This document shows, in pieces, positions 1 to 42,500 of a stretch of 64,000 nt of DNA. How positions within the stretch are numbered: the first letter of the stretch is position 1; each line of letters begins with the position of its first letter. The DNA comes from Okamejei kenojei. Its lineage: Eukaryota. The notes under the pieces were generated by a model, which saw nothing but the letters and a program-made list of their open reading frames with translations, ran no database searches and had not been told where the DNA came from. The position numbers and the translations under genes are program-made. Where the stretch lies: positions 15,438,001 to 15,502,000 of the forward strand of contig CM069164.1 of assembly GCA_035221665.1 (NCBI GenBank). The letters are read 5' to 3'.

Positions 1-429
1 TCTGCCTGCATGTTATCCATGTCCCTCCATTCCCTTATCCTATAACAGCAACAGCTTGGCAGGTAGGATAATATTCAAATCCCATTTCTAACAAACCCTC
101 CAGTGGATTTGGGGAAATTTAATCAATTAAAAATCTCAGTATTTTAGTTACATCACATCAGTCCATCTCAGTAGATCATGTATTTCTATTAAGGTGAGAA
201 ATCCACTCAGGAAACTTAAACTGGACTGCATGATCTTCTATAGGTGTGTAAACAGAAAAAGGCAAGCACAGATAGAGATGGGAGGATTTGTATTATGGAA
301 TAAGCAAATGGCACAAAAACAATTACCAGGTCTTCATGAATTAATCCAGCCAGAAATACCAGAAAAGTGTCTAATCATTAAATTATATATTATTTTAAAG
401 TACTAGAAGTACAAAACACATTTAATTTA

Positions 430-1000
430 TTTGTCAGAGTTTTAAAAGAGGTAGCGATAGAGATAGTAAACGGTCTGGGTATGATCTTCCAATCATCTGG
501 AATTGTTTATGTGTGTTAACATGCAGGTGCAGCAAGGCATTACAAAGGAAAATTGTATGTTATCCTTATTTATCATCAGAAGATTTGAGTACAGGAGTAA
601 AGAAGTATTGCTGTAATTATATGGGGGCATTGGTGAGTTCTGTGCACAGATTTGCTCTCTTTGTCCTGCAAGAAAGTATACCTACTACACAAGGAGTGCA
701 GTGAAGGTTCCCAAGACTCGTTCTGAGGATGATTTGTTTTCCATGAAAGATTGAGTTGGCCAGACTTGTATTGTTAAGAGCTTTTAGATGAACAAGAAAT
801 TGTATTAGCATTTATAAAAGTCAGGGCTCAACAATGTGGACATAGGAAAGATGTTTCTACTGGCCTATCCTGTTACATAGTGCAGGCTGTCATGAATTTG
901 TTCAGAAGCAAGATGGAGACGGGGATGTGGAGATATTTCAGGAAAATGGCACTTAAATAGATTGGTCATGATCCGGTCAAAGTACTGAGTCTTGTTCGAA
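430..1000 (+). mobile_element. Old, internally deleted CR1-type LINE fragments
   Basis: Decayed CR1 ORF2 and 3' motifs (VLKEVAIEIV; gcaggtgcagcaagg; agtacaggagtaaagaagtattgctg). Confidence 0.55.
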
Positions 1001-1446
1001 TGCAGCTGAAAATGTAATAATACAATTAGGCCCTACAGGTTCACTAAGATCATAATTAATCAGGTTGTGGCCTCAACTTAACCTCGCTGCCTAACCATTG
1101 ACTTCTCTGAGCCCCCAAATCCTTGGTTATATTTAAATATATTTAATAATTTACAATATTGAATGAGTCATTCAGCCAGTATTTGTGTCAGTCATAAAAT
1201 AATAATCTAAACACCTTCCAGCATTTGGTCTAAAAACATCAGGCCACGCTGAATTTTGATAGAGGCCTGAGGGGCTAAATAGCTTTTCAGTTTCTGTGTT
1301 CTATACATGTTTGATTTATTTAACCTTTATGTGACCAGCAATGTCGCTATTTTTCAAAATGCATCATGAATGCAAGTTATTGTTAATGTGGCTATCTGCA
1401 GCTTTAGGAATGTGTCCATGTTAATGTGAGTTTGCTATGATTGCAG

Positions 1447-2985
1447 GTAGAAGAGTTGGCCTTGCGATCCATGATCATGACCAAAGATGAAGGCCACACT
1501 GTTGGCACTGACAAGTGTGGACAAACACCTGCATCCATGGAGGTGAGAAATGTGTTTTGTGCTGTAAATACTGCCATGTTTAATAAAATTTCCAAGATGA
1601 CAGATTAGACAGGTACAGTGACTGCTTGTAATTTTGGTTTGGTTATGTGCTGTCTTAATTCTGGTATGCTTTAGTATTTGTATGTACTTTTCTTCATTCA
1701 TACTTGGACCTAATTTCTTTTTTCTATTTTCCATTACTTGGAGAAAATATTGCAGGAATTTAGAACAAGATAATAAGGTTGAATAGATTACTTTGTAAAG
1801 AACCCATTGTGTACCTTCTTCCTTGCATTTCGACTCTGCTTCCCCTGTAGTTTGCTCATTTGTGTACGTGCCTTTTATTTTTTTCTCTTGGGTTCTGCCC
1901 TACACTAACTATCCTTTGGTCAGCTTGTCACCAGTACTCTTTTTGTCAATTTGAATGCTGTATCCTGTGATTGTGAGCAAGTCAAAGCTTGGGAATTCTG
2001 CTGAAAGTGAATCATCTCATGACACTCAAGTCTTTACATTTGCAAAATACACAAATACAGAACATGACAGAGTACTATTCACTTACCTGGATAAGCACAG
2101 TTCAGACAACATTTAGAAACTCAAAGCCATCGAGGATAAAATAGCCCATTTGATTCACGCTCTTAAAATTTACGTGAATAAACACAATTTTTTTGCAATT
2201 TGCATTTATGCACAGATAACATGACTTTGCGTTAAAGAAAATTAGAATACAGGCCATTTTCGAGGGATACAACTCCCCATCTGGGGTACCCAGTGTTTGG
2301 TCCAGATTCTCAGTGAAGTTGTGTATTTTCAATGACACATTAAATGGAGAAGCCCACCCCAGTGAGAACAATCCCAGAACATTACATTTGAGTAGCTCTT
2401 CCTGATCTCCCAGCCTGACATTTATTCCTCAGTACTGAAAGATACCTGATCAATTTCTCATTGCTATTTGCAGAAGCTTGCTATGCACAAATTGGGAGCT
2501 TTACACTCCAACACAACTGTACATTGATTTGAGATGTTATAAGGTTGTGAAATTTTCCCAGGAATCGAAAGGCATCTTCCTCAAGCCTACATGATCCATA
2601 TCCCTGTCCCCTCTAAGGTTCTCAAATGTAGGGACCCAACAGACTCATTCCCCTCAAAATGGGTTTTGAATTAGAAAAGAGGAGGGAGCAAAACATTTAA
2701 TATTATGTAAAAGCATATTTTGCATTAGAATAGTAATTCTAATCTTAAATTTAAGGAGTGAAAGTTATTTAAGATTCATTATAGCTTTAACCTAATGTGT
2801 CTATTGATTACCTTATTTTCATTGCTACTCATTTCCTTCTACAGTCTTTGATGCAGGTAGACAATGAAAATGCCATCAATCAAACCCAGCTACAGTTAAA
2901 CACATCCCAGTTTGTTACTCATATAAGACATGAGGAGGAGGAGGAGGAGGAGGTGGAAGATGAAGAGGAAGAAGAATATATCTAA
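1447..2985 (+). CDS. SNAPC5: snRNA-activating protein complex subunit 5 (SNAP19), 3' part; exons 1447-1542 and 2845-2985; first exon not found in the window
   Basis: cag|GTAGAAGAG gives VEELALRSMIMTKDEGHTVGTDKCGQTPASME|gtgag. cag|TCTTTG gives SLMQVDNENAINQTQLQLNTSQFVTHIRHEEEEEEEVEDEEEEEYI*. This matches human SNAPC5 motifs VEELALQSMI and VDNEASINQT plus the acidic tail. Both junctions are phase 0; AATAAA at 3214. Confidence 0.9.
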
Positions 2986-4554
2986 ATTATACTTTGTGTC
3001 AAAACTTTAAATTAATAGCACAAAAGATGTCTTCAGATTTTTTTTCAATGTACAGCAAGTTGGATGTATCAACACAACAGCCTTTGAGAACTGCAGACCG
3101 TAACTTCTGAAACATTACGTTGAAAGTGTTGTCTTCATTGCTTCACCTCCTTGACAGAAACGGGAAGGGCACCTGCAGTGGAGGACAGTTGCAGTGGTGC
3201 AACCTTTGTGCTCAATAAAGATGTGTTATCGGCACAAAAAACTGACAAGTCCCTGAGAGTTAGGAAGACAAAATCAGAAACGCATCTCTGAGGGTGTGTA
3301 AATTTCACAATTTTGAACTTTCTTGGAACATGGGTGCTGAGGTTTTGGAACAATAGACAACAAAGTTAGCTGGATGTATGAATTATGTTCACATGCTGCA
3401 GTCTCTGTGCTTGGCCACTGGATCTTTTATTATTTTATTACTTCTGTGCATCCCCTGAGGATCTCCAATAGTGACTAATCACTATTGCAGTATTAATTTT
3501 GTTAATAAAAAAAAAAGCCTGTGCAGAAACTCCTGAAAGTACCATTACGATAGTAAGTGTCCATGTTTATGGTAACAAGCTTGGGTAGTCTAACAAGGAG
3601 TGAGGAATGTCTACTGAATGTCAGCAGAAATTACAGGGAGATGGGAATGTCTGGTGTGGCATCCATATTACTCATCTACAGCTGAGTTGGAGACTGCTTC
3701 TTGGTGTCATTACATTTCTTAATAATTCACAGTATTGCATTGGCTATGTTTGTAGCAATGCAGTTGATTACCCGTATCAGCACAAAGTGCACATAACCCC
3801 ATGCATTTATTAAACCACGATAAAAAGATTTCCTTTGAATTGTTTTGGGGAATCAGAATGTACCCTGAGACAATTTTAGTGACGGCTGATCACTGAAAAC
3901 AACGTTGTTGACCCCTCACCTGACCGGGGCGTACTAAGCTCTTTGCCAGCCATAATGCTGGGGCAAACAACCACTGTTCTTAGTTAATGTAAGCTGCGGA
4001 GAAAGACAGGAGGAGAGGAAGGAATAGGGTGCTATTTTTGATTGGGTGTCCTTGCAGTCCATTCACATTGTTGGACTGTGCCTGAGCTCATCTTATTTGT
4101 ATTTGCAGGATATTTGGCAGAAGCAAAGCATTTGAGATATGAAATTCAGAATTTGGGAGTTGGGAAAGTTTATTTTTCTTATATTTTAAAGGGCGAGTAT
4201 GTGTCAAGATGCAGGGTGCAAAATGGCACCGATTTAGTTTGTATGTTAGTGATGGGAGATTGTAACAATCTATATGACACAGATTTTTTTTCTAAATATA
4301 AATCTTAACAACACAACTTTTTACTCCTAAATTCAAAGTAGTCATAATGATTAATGACCATCATAACAATTAAATATCATTTTAAGCCAACTCTCAGTGC
4401 ATGTCAGATGAGACTCAGAACCAAACAGCACATAAGCTGAATACAACAGAATGACCACACAGGCACTTCATGAATTGTTTTTCAAATCTAGTGCAATGAG
4501 AAGATTCCAGAGGAATAAGAATGCCAACATTGTTGCCTCTCAAGTGCTAGTGCA

Positions 4555-4765
4555 GCAGGAATTGGAGGAAAGGGCAGATGAATGCATGGCTAAGGTGCTG
4601 GAGCAGGAGTTAAGGCTTTTGGACCATTGCGATCTATTAGGAGCAGAGGTGACCTGTATAAGACACAGAAGCTGCTGCTGAACTATGAGGAACAATATCC
4701 TGGCGGACAGGTTTGCTAGACTACTCAGGAGGCTTTAAACTAGTCTAAACTAACAGGAGGGTGTG
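4555..4765 (+). mobile_element. CR1 ORF1 (esterase-like) remnant
   Basis: atgaatgcatggctaaggtgctggagcaggag...ggtgacctgtataag...aatatcctggcggacaggtttgctag, resembling the end of the CR1 ORF1 SGNH domain. Confidence 0.5.
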
Positions 4766-5034
4766 TACCAAAAAGGGCTTATCCAGGGAAGAATTGTAAA
4801 CAAAATTAGTTTTTTTTTGTTGCTGTTTTGAGGAAACACTTTGGCTCATTGGTCATGAAACTTTGTGGCAGGTGCTAGACAGATTAGGCGGCCTTTAAAA
4901 GATAATAAGATTCTGAAGCTGTCGCAGTCGGATGACTGAATGTTCTGTAGTGGCCTGGAGATGGACGAACGTCATTTGAACTGGGATTAAATAGAAGTGT
5001 GTTATTGATCCTATCCCATTCTCCTTCCTTGTCA

Positions 5035-6330
5035 ATAGACAATAAGTGCAGGAGTAGGCCATTTGGCCCTTTGAGCCAGCACCGCCATTCACTGTGATCA
5101 TGGCTGATCAACCACAATCAGTACCCTGTTCCTGTCTTCTCCCCATATCCCTTCTCTCCGCTATCTTTAACAGCTCTATATAACTCTCTTGAAAGCATCC
5201 AGAGAATCGGCCTCCACTGCCTTCTGAGGCAGAGAATTACCAAAATCACAACTCTCGGTGAAAAGGTTTTTCCCAATCTCCGTACTAAATGGCCTACCCC
5301 TTATTCTGAAACTGTGGCCCCCAACATCGGGAACATGTTTCCTGCCTTTAGCATGTTCACTCCCTTAATAGTCTTATATGTTTCAATAAGATCTCCACTT
5401 GTCCTTCTAAATTCCAGTGTATGCAAGCCTAGTCACTCCATTCTTTCAACATATGACAGTCCAGCCATCTCGGGAATTAACCTTGTGAACCTACACTGCA
5501 CTCCCTCAATAGCAAAAATGTCCTTCCTCAAATTTGGAGACCAAAACTGCACACAGTTTTCGTGAGACCACACTCCAGGTGTGGTCTCACCAGGGCCCTG
5601 TACAACTGCAGAAGGACCTCTTTGCTCCTATACTCAACTCCTCTTGTTATGAAGGCCAACATGCCATTAGCTTTCTTCGCTGCCTGCTGTACCTGCATGC
5701 TTACTTTCAGTGACTGATGTACAAGGCCACCCAGATCTCGTTGTACTTCCCCCTTTCCTAACTTGACACCATTCAAATAATAATCTGCCTTCCTGTTCTT
5801 GCCACCAAAGTGATTCATCTCATTTATCCACATTAAACTGCATCTGCCATGCATCTGCCCACACACCCAATCTGTCCAAATCATCCTGCATTCTCATAGC
5901 ATCCTCCTCACAGTTCACACTGCCACCCAGATTTGTGTCATCTGCAAATTTGCTAATGTTACTTTTAATTCCTTCATCTAAATCATGAATGTATATTGTA
6001 AATAGCTGTGGTCCCAGCACCTTACGGTACCCCACTAGTCTGCCATTCTGAAAGGGACACGTTAATCCCTACTCTTTGTTTCCTGTCTGCACACCAATTT
6101 TCTATCCATGTCAGTACCCTACCCCCAATACCATGTGTTCTAATTTTGCCCACTAATCTCCAAAGTGGGACCTTATCAAAGACTTTGTGAAATTCCAAGT
6201 ACACTACATCCACTGGCTCTCCATTGTCCAATTTCCTAGTTACATCCTCAAAAAATTCCAGAAAATTAGTCAAGCATGATTTCCCCTTCGTAAATGCATG
6301 CTGACTCGGACTGATCCTGTTACTGTTGTT
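5035..6330 (-). mobile_element. CR1/HER1-type LINE, 3' 1.3 kb
   Basis: RT peptides TNFLEFFEDVT..VDVVYLEFHKVFDKVP, ISKFADDTNLGG and LLQLYRALVRPHLE, plus the conserved 3' tail. Confidence 0.9.
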
Positions 6331-6834
6331 GCGAGACTTGCTCTATTAAAGACAGCATCCTAAATGGAATTTACATGGATGACAGACTATTTAACCTTCA
6401 TCACCTTTGCATGAAGATTGGATTCTCAAATATTACTTACTGATTTATATATCAATGACTTGGAGAATGGGTATCATTTAAATGTCTTTTTTTTTGCACA
6501 AACTTACTGTAGCCTCGGCTTTTTAAGAATATTGACAAGACCAAGATACTCTAGCAGTTTGCCTCAGCCTTATACATAACCCACCATACACAATTGAGCA
6601 TTACCATGGAGATGCTCGAGAACTGTTATCACTGTAGCCACCTCTTCTGGTTTCTGTTTTTATGTGAAATTGCACAATGAACTGTAGGGGCCAGATCTCT
6701 CACAAATTCACAATGAATTAGTAGAAGAAGATAGAGACTTTGTAAATGGTGTCAAGATGGCCGAGAGCTTCAAATTCCAAGGAGTATTAGCATTTTGTTC
6801 TAGACCAATCACATTGAATCTACTGTATGACCAG

Positions 6835-7420
6835 AAAGCACACCAATGCCTACAGCTACTCAGAAGACTAAGCAAATTCAGTATGTCTCCTACGACTCTT
6901 GCCAACTTCTACAGGTGCACTGTGGAAAGTATCTGATTGGATGCGTCACAGCTTAGTTAGCAGCATCTCTGCCAAAGGATGCAAGAAATTGTGGAAGTAA
7001 TCTGGTCCATGATACAAAGCCTCCACCCCATTGACTCCAACTACACCATGCTGCTCTGGGAAAATAACAAGGACTATTTTACCCCAGTAATTCCCTCTAC
7101 TTCCCTCCCCCGATGACCCTAAGATACAATAGTTTGAAAGCACGTACGACCATATTTAGGGCCAGTTATTCTGATATCAAACTACAGTTCTCCCAAATGT
7201 TAGGGAAAGATTGCGGACCTTGCACTTTTTTTATAAACTGCACTTTCAGCAGAACAGTAACGTTATAATGCAGCAACATTATATTCTGCACTCAATTCAT
7301 AACTCAATGGTCTTGCAGTTTGGTGTGAAAGTTTGGGATTCACAGAGAAAGATTAGAGCAATGTATCTCTGATGGACAAGCTGTTGCAACTGACGCAACA
7401 TATAGCAGCTCAGGTCCTGC
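6835..7420 (+). mobile_element. Old Rex1/Babar-type LINE 3' fragment
   Basis: aaagcacaccaatgccta...ctcagaagactaagc...ttctacaggtgcactgtggaaagt ([12 protein letters not shown] / FYRCTVES region). Confidence 0.6.
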
Positions 7421-7436
7421 TTCCAGGCTGGCCCAG

Positions 7437-7640
7437 AAACATAGAAAATAGGTGCAGGAGTAGGCAATTCGGCCCTTCGAGCCAGCACCGTCATTCAATA
7501 TGATCATGGCTGATCATCCTAAATCATTTCCTGCTTTCTCATATTCCTTGATTCTGTTAGCCCCAAGAGCTATATCTAACTCTCTTGTAAACATCCAGTG
7601 AATTGGCCTCCGCTGCCTTCTGTGCTAGAGAATTCCACAA
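7437..7640 (-). repeat. CR1/HER1 3' tail
   Basis: aaacatagaaaataggtgcaggagtaggc...gagccagcaccg; same tail as at 5035, 32400, 33120 and 58380. Confidence 0.8.
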
Positions 7641-9669
7641 TCTGTATTTCATGTATCTTATTTCAGTGAGACTGATGCATGCATGAGATAATCCAAGCTA
7701 ATTTGGACTCCCAATGCAACATTACAGATGTTTCATTCTATGATTAGTAGTACTGTTGAAGGTCCCATTTAATACATCTTCAAATTACTCTGAAAGCTAA
7801 ACATTCATATGTGAAACAAGAACATGACGGTTTAGGGGAGCAGTTAGGCTAACCTTTTGAGTAGAAGTGCGAATATTCCAAGGGAGATCCATTTGCATCC
7901 ATACTATCACTCACCTGCATGAAAATTGGCTATCTTCTGCTTCGAGGAACTTGACTCTTGTCCTGTGAATCTGGGGAAAGATCAGGTCAAACACACAGGG
8001 CAACGTCGCTGTACAGATACCATGAACTATCACAGAACGTTTCAACAACTACCTCAAGCCTACTGAAAGGTTAAAACTCACTGTAAATTAAAGATTACAA
8101 CAATTAACTCCCTCGTCCAGTTCAGTTTATGTTATTGTCACGTGTACCGAGGTACAGTGAAAAACCTTTGTTGTGTGCTAATCAGCCAGCGGAAAGACAC
8201 TACATAAATACAATCGAGCCATTCACAGTGTACAGCTACATGATAAGGGAATAACGTTTAGTGCAACGTGTGTTTGGAAGAATGTAATAACCCCATTGGA
8301 ATTTTATCAGGAGTTTGGGTTTGTTGCAAAAGATCTTTTTCGTAAAACGTGCAATACTTTTCAGAGGGGTGAGCCATTCTAATTCCGACGCATTCGCCCC
8401 ATTGCAGTATCTAGGCAGAGGGGAAGAGAGGTTGAACTTGCTTTGTCAGTGGTTGCCACTGAGCAGCTGTTTCCAACCTGGTACAACATTGTGATCCTTT
8501 ATATGCTTACATTCAGAACTATTCCTATGAAAATGACACAGAGCTCATCCTCACACTGTGAAGTATTGTCATCAAAAACACACACAAGAGAGGCGGGTTC
8601 AAATACAGCTTAGAAAAGTTTGCTTACAAGGGAAACTCAGCCTTTACAAAGAGATTTGTCAAGTTCAGCTAAATTTGCTAACGCATCATTGAATTCCAAA
8701 TGACATTCTCTCTCTGGAACCAATGAATAGTTTGCTAGATTGTTCTCCAAATTTTTACTTTATTTTTGGACTGTGTACGGCTGCAGGGTGGATTTATTCT
8801 GAGTGCCTGCTATTGGTGTCATCTTCTCATCCAGATAAATGAAGAAATGTTAACAGGTAAGGTGATGATTTGTGGCAGTCCGTCTTTCATTAATCTTATT
8901 TGCCAAACTTGATTGGATGTGTATCAAACACATATGATCATTGCATTAGGAATTCATTTTTTCTACAATATTGTCTGGAAATCAACAATGTGATATCAAG
9001 GTGATACCTTTAAATACCTGGTGCAAATGTTCAACATCAGTAACTTGGAGAATTCTACACTCAACAAATGAAGGAAAGAGCCCCAAAGCCGTATTGTGGC
9101 TTTCTGAGTGGAGAATCCAATCTGAACGCAAATTCAGTAAATGCTATTTCAATTACTTGGATGGCGAGGATGCCAATTAATATAATGCAAGACAAAAAAG
9201 ATATGGTAGTGCATATCGTTGATACTTGTGCCGGAGGTGGAAGCTATGATGGTTAATAACCAGCACTCATTAATTTTGTATGGAAAACACAGCATAGAAA
9301 GAGATCATTCAGATCAAGTGCTCACTCACGGCATCACATTCTTTCCATTCATCCGATCCCACCATCATCTCCTTCTATTCCATCCTCCTTTGTACGTTTA
9401 TTCCTTTGGGAAGAGGTTTCACATTTGCACTCTAAATTCATTAAGATGGGGATGTTTTCTCTTCATTTATCAATCAAATTAGTTCAGGATTTGAAGGACC
9501 TGTCAGGTCATCCCTCAGCTTTCACTTTGCAATGTGCTCTTGCCCGTGTGGTTTGTTTTTCTACGGCACTCTTCTGCATGATTGTGTTGTACTCTGTGTG
9601 TGGACAGATTGTGGGGAGAAGCAGCCATCGGGTGCTAGATAACGACACTGGACTGATAAAGGCTGAAGG

Positions 9670-37934
<28,265 letters not shown>

Positions 37935-39488
37935 GAAACAAGGATTGTTGTTGCGGTATACGAGAACAAATATGGATGGCTAACCATCTTCTACTTCTTC
38001 AGCAAGTTTGTTGAAATAGAAAAAAGTTAACAAAAAATGATTTGATACTTCATTAGTATCAAGTCGAAAGATACAGCTTGTATTATTGCCAGTGAATGAG
38101 ATAGTAAATCTTGGAATAGTAAAACTGTTTTTGAAACTAAACCATCATCCAAACCTGCAATTAATATTCCATGACTGAGGTAACAATAGGATAACTGGAT
38201 TCTTCTTCCAATTGTTCCTTCCCTACTGGGCACCATGTGCTATGCAAACCCATATTAACAATGATTCAGTACAGATAAAAAATAATAAATACTACAACCC
38301 ATGACTCTTCTTGAAAATTCAGACCCAGTTCCTGCAGAAGAACAATTTTGATTTTGGCAGCCAACGTTAGAAGTTGCAAGATGCAATGTTCAATAAAGTA
38401 TAGTGAAAACAATATTACTGTGCTAATGAAAAGTGCCACGTTGAATAAATCAGCTAGTTCTTCATTGTGTCATAATGAAGACCATAACAACTTGGTCTAG
38501 ATTAAAATATAGTAAAAAATGAGTCAAAAGGCAAGTTGAAAATATGATTTTTACAAGTAAATCACTAGCCATTGACACACAATTCCCCAGTCCATATAAC
38601 ATATACTCAATGGTATATTATCTCTGTAAACAAATATTATTAATTGGTCTATTATAAAGTATTGCTGGCAAAACATAACAGTTGTCAAGGGGTTTGTCCA
38701 AATAAAATTCCACTGAAAGATGGAATCTTAAAGCTATTATTCTAAACTTGTAAAATGGGCATCAAAACCAATGCTACAGTATTTTTAATTCTACTACACA
38801 AAATTAAAAGCTCAGTCAGGTTCAGGAGTTCATATTACCTTTTGTCACTCATAATCCCAAACTAGAGGGCATTGGTTTAAATGAGAGGGGAAAGATATAA
38901 CAGGAACCCGAGGAGCAACACTTTCCACATCGAGGGTGCAACATAAGCGACCCTATTGAAGTAGTTGAGACACATACGATATCAAGACATTTGGACAGGT
39001 AAATGAATAGGAGGTTTAGAGAGATATGGGCCAAGGAGAACAAACTTGGATGGGGCCCCTTAGATGGATGGGTTGGGCCATAGGGCCTCTTTGGATGCTG
39101 TGCAGCTCTATAATTTGCAATTATCTATTGTGTACCAGTTATTCATCTTTATGAAATCATATTCAGTAATTGTGGCAACTTAGTAAACTGCGTTCTAACA
39201 GTAGGTCGACCTGAACAGTTAATTTTGTTTATTTTCTACAAAATGCTGCCCGCTGAGTATCTCCAGCATTTTTGATTTTATTTTAGATTTGCATCATCTT
39301 TAATGTTTTCCTCTTCTAGCCACATACATTATCCTGGTTGCTAGGTAGTACTGGAGAAAATCTTGAGGGGATAATGTTCAAGCTGCAGCAAGTGCCTGTA
39401 GTAGAATGATTAACTCTCCATGTGGAATAAAAAGGTACAATGTTTGGAAAAAATTATACTGTTAAATTTACCTTTTTCCTACAATGAT

Positions 39489-39583
39489 TTAGCTGAAATG
39501 TGCTTGACTGCAGTTAATCACTGTATTGTAATAAAATGCTTCCTCACAATCGTTACTCAGAGTTGCGTCATCAGTTTGCAGAT
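39489..39583 (-). CDS. ZWILCH: ZWILCH last coding exon
   Basis: tgaag|(D)[30 protein letters not shown] (human ends ...TNMVTCSQVHFK). Confidence 0.85.
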
Positions 39584-42500
39584 CTTCAAAACAAAAGGGA
39601 AACAAAATGAGCTGTATTTTTAACTCATTTAAAACCAGCGTATCCATTTTCGTAGGCCATAGGAAGGTTAAATGACCACGCATTTTCAGATGTGCTTTGA
39701 TAAAATATAATGCAACAGTACAGAAATTAACCATAAACATTCATGTAATACATGTAATACATTTTGAAAATAAAGCATATTTTAAACAAAGTAACATTTA
39801 AAGCTCTCAAATAAGAACCCATTTAAAGTGTAATCTAAACTGATTAAAACACAGGCCACAGCTGTACGTTTCCTAAACTACATAGCAATTTATACATGAA
39901 CTCAGTGAAATAGAAGCATATTGTTAACTAAAACAAATGTATCTAACAGATGGGAAAATCTTTTTGATTAGAAAAGGTTACAAATAGGCCTAAAGGATTC
40001 AAGGAAATCACTTAACAGCTAACAACTGAGTGGTCCTATATTTGAATCTGTACCATACAATGCAGCCCTGCAACACACCGACTTGGCAGCCAGTAAAGAA
40101 TGATCTGCAGATTCGCTGCCATTTTCCCCTCGTCTACTCCAACCTCATACCCGCCGAATGCCTTCTATCTCAATCTCATCTTCAAACCCTTCTACCTCAA
40201 TCTCATCGTGAGGGATAAAGTGATTAAACCCCACGATTGTAAGGGGCTTTAAAGAGGATTCAAAACGATAGAGGCCAGGGAGAGGGTTCTGACACAGCTG
40301 TGTATAAAAGTTACCAGGGCCATCCTTGAGTAAGTGATAGCATTGTATAGCGGTAGAAGGGAGTGATGTAGATAGATCCCTATCAGTAGAAGGGAGTGAT
40401 AGATGGGACCCTTGTCACTATAGCTTAGCTTTATTGCTGATATAGGAGAACTGAGAGAGTTCAGTTGGAGGTGAGTAAAACTAGGGCAGGTCATGGACAA
40501 CTGAGCATGCTTAATAAAATAAATAAATATTACAACACACCCGTGGTCAAGAAACTGCCCATTACCATGCACATGTCTGGACATGCGATGTATGATGTGG
40601 GAGGTACTGGGGGGACGTACCTACAGATTGTGCACCTCAGTGTCTGATTGGAGGGGTCAAAGGAGGGGAGGTTGGATGTAGAATTGTGTGTATAAAGGGG
40701 GTTTACCCTTCTGACTTTGGTGTGTCTCAACTTGGAGAGGCACCCGACTCTGCAGACTCGCAAATAAAGAATCTCTTGCTTCCATGATTTAGTCTCTGAG
40801 TAGTGATTGTGAGCACATCGCATATCTCACAAACTGGGGGCTCGTCCGCGATCGCCACTCCGGCTGCTCGGTGGAGGCGAAGAAGGAAGGGAAGGTGCAC
40901 CCTGCTGATTTCAGCAGTCTCTAATCTCCTTGCTTGCCATCAGCGGTTTGAGCGAGTGATATTCGGGCAAGAGACTCAGGAAGCAAGAGGGAGTGTCAGA
41001 TAAATAAACAAGGGACGGTCGAACGATTCTTTTGCACAAGACCCGGGTAAGAAAACTGACTATTAAGTATTGCCTGGGCGACCGAGGGTCTGTCGGACGG
41101 GAATAGTCCGATAAGATAAAGATAACCGGAACGGGAAAAGTAAGAGTCCGGGGGGAAACAGGACAAGGCTCACACTGGTGAAGAGCCGCACATTCCGCCT
41201 GATAGTCCATTGAGGCGAATGTGGCAATCTTGGGGAGAAGGAAGCCCCGGGGGTAAAAGATAAGGAGACTACGATTAAGTTCTGTTATTTTGATTAACCA
41301 AAGGAACCAATAAGGGGGAGTTCAGTCTGGTGGCACTGGGCTGTACAGAATATTCAGAGTATCACTTAGACATTGCAAAAATCTAAGGAAAATCACAGTG
41401 CCAAATGTTTTGAGTACGAAAAGTTAAAAAGGAAGGAGCAGCACGTGAAAGAAATATTGAGTTGTTTCACACAATCTATAGAAGAAACTCTTATACAGAT
41501 TGGTCAGGTACATGAGGAGTTAGTGCAAAATATGTTAATTTTGAAACTTTAATCTGTGTTGAAAATTGCATAATTTCATTGAAGTAAGAATGGAACTAAT
41601 GTGATTTGTGTGTAAAAACCGGTTTTGTGAATGAGGAAGTTTATATATGTGATAGGTTTGTTTGCTGTAGGCCACATGCTGTAAGGGTAGGTGTGTTCCT
41701 TTAAGAAATTGTAAGCAATGGGGAGGTTACGAACAGCTGTTAAGGTAACGGACAACACTTTGTATCATCGCAACTTAAAAGGGGAACGTTGGAAAATGTA
41801 GGTTGCTTGGCTTCTATAGATTTCTTTTCAATAAAGTTAATTTGGAAAATTGTTAGTCGCATGTATTTAAATTAGGAATTGGAATTTGGGAATTGTAGGG
41901 AAAATGGTTTGAACAAAATTAGAAATAAGTTAATTGCTGAACAACAAGCAGCTTTTATGGTTTGTTTAGATAAACATTCTGGTTGGAGAAGGGTAATGAA
42001 GGGTAATAGACCCAAGGGAAAAAAAAAACAAAAAGGAGTTGGCAGACAATGATGTCAATAATGGGAAGTTTATTTACTTCAGAAGAAAGACAGATGGTCA
42101 GACAAGCAGGAATAAAGATCTAGGAAAAGGGGTTGCAGGCTCCGGGGGTAGCAGCAGACGCAGGTCAGCAGTTACTAAAGGTTAATTTCGTAACCAAGTC
42201 ATGGCCAGATATTAGAAAGAAACTGGAAAAATTGGAGGATTGGAATGACAAACCATTAAATCAATTGTTAACAGAGGTTCAGAAAGTATATGTACGATGG
42301 GATGAGGAAAAACAGAAGGGAAAGGCAAAAATTATGTTGCAGGCAGTACAGCAAGGGGTAAAGAAGCGGAAGAGGCAGAGGAAGAGGAAGAGGAAGTGAA
42401 TGGAGGGACCGAAGTTGGGGTCCCCGGGAAAACAAGGAAAAAGGATCAGGAGGGTGGTACACGGGGCCATCCCGGTGTTATCATTGTAGCAAGGAGGGTC

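Noticed and set aside
4884-5030. Short non-repeat-looking stretch with C-box-like words, considered as a snoRNA
   Set aside because: No convincing C/D box pair with a terminal stem, and it is not inside a host intron
40249-40647. ORFs duplicated at 47011-47412
   Set aside because: They lie in the two LTRs, so the duplication reflects LTR identity, not coding constraint
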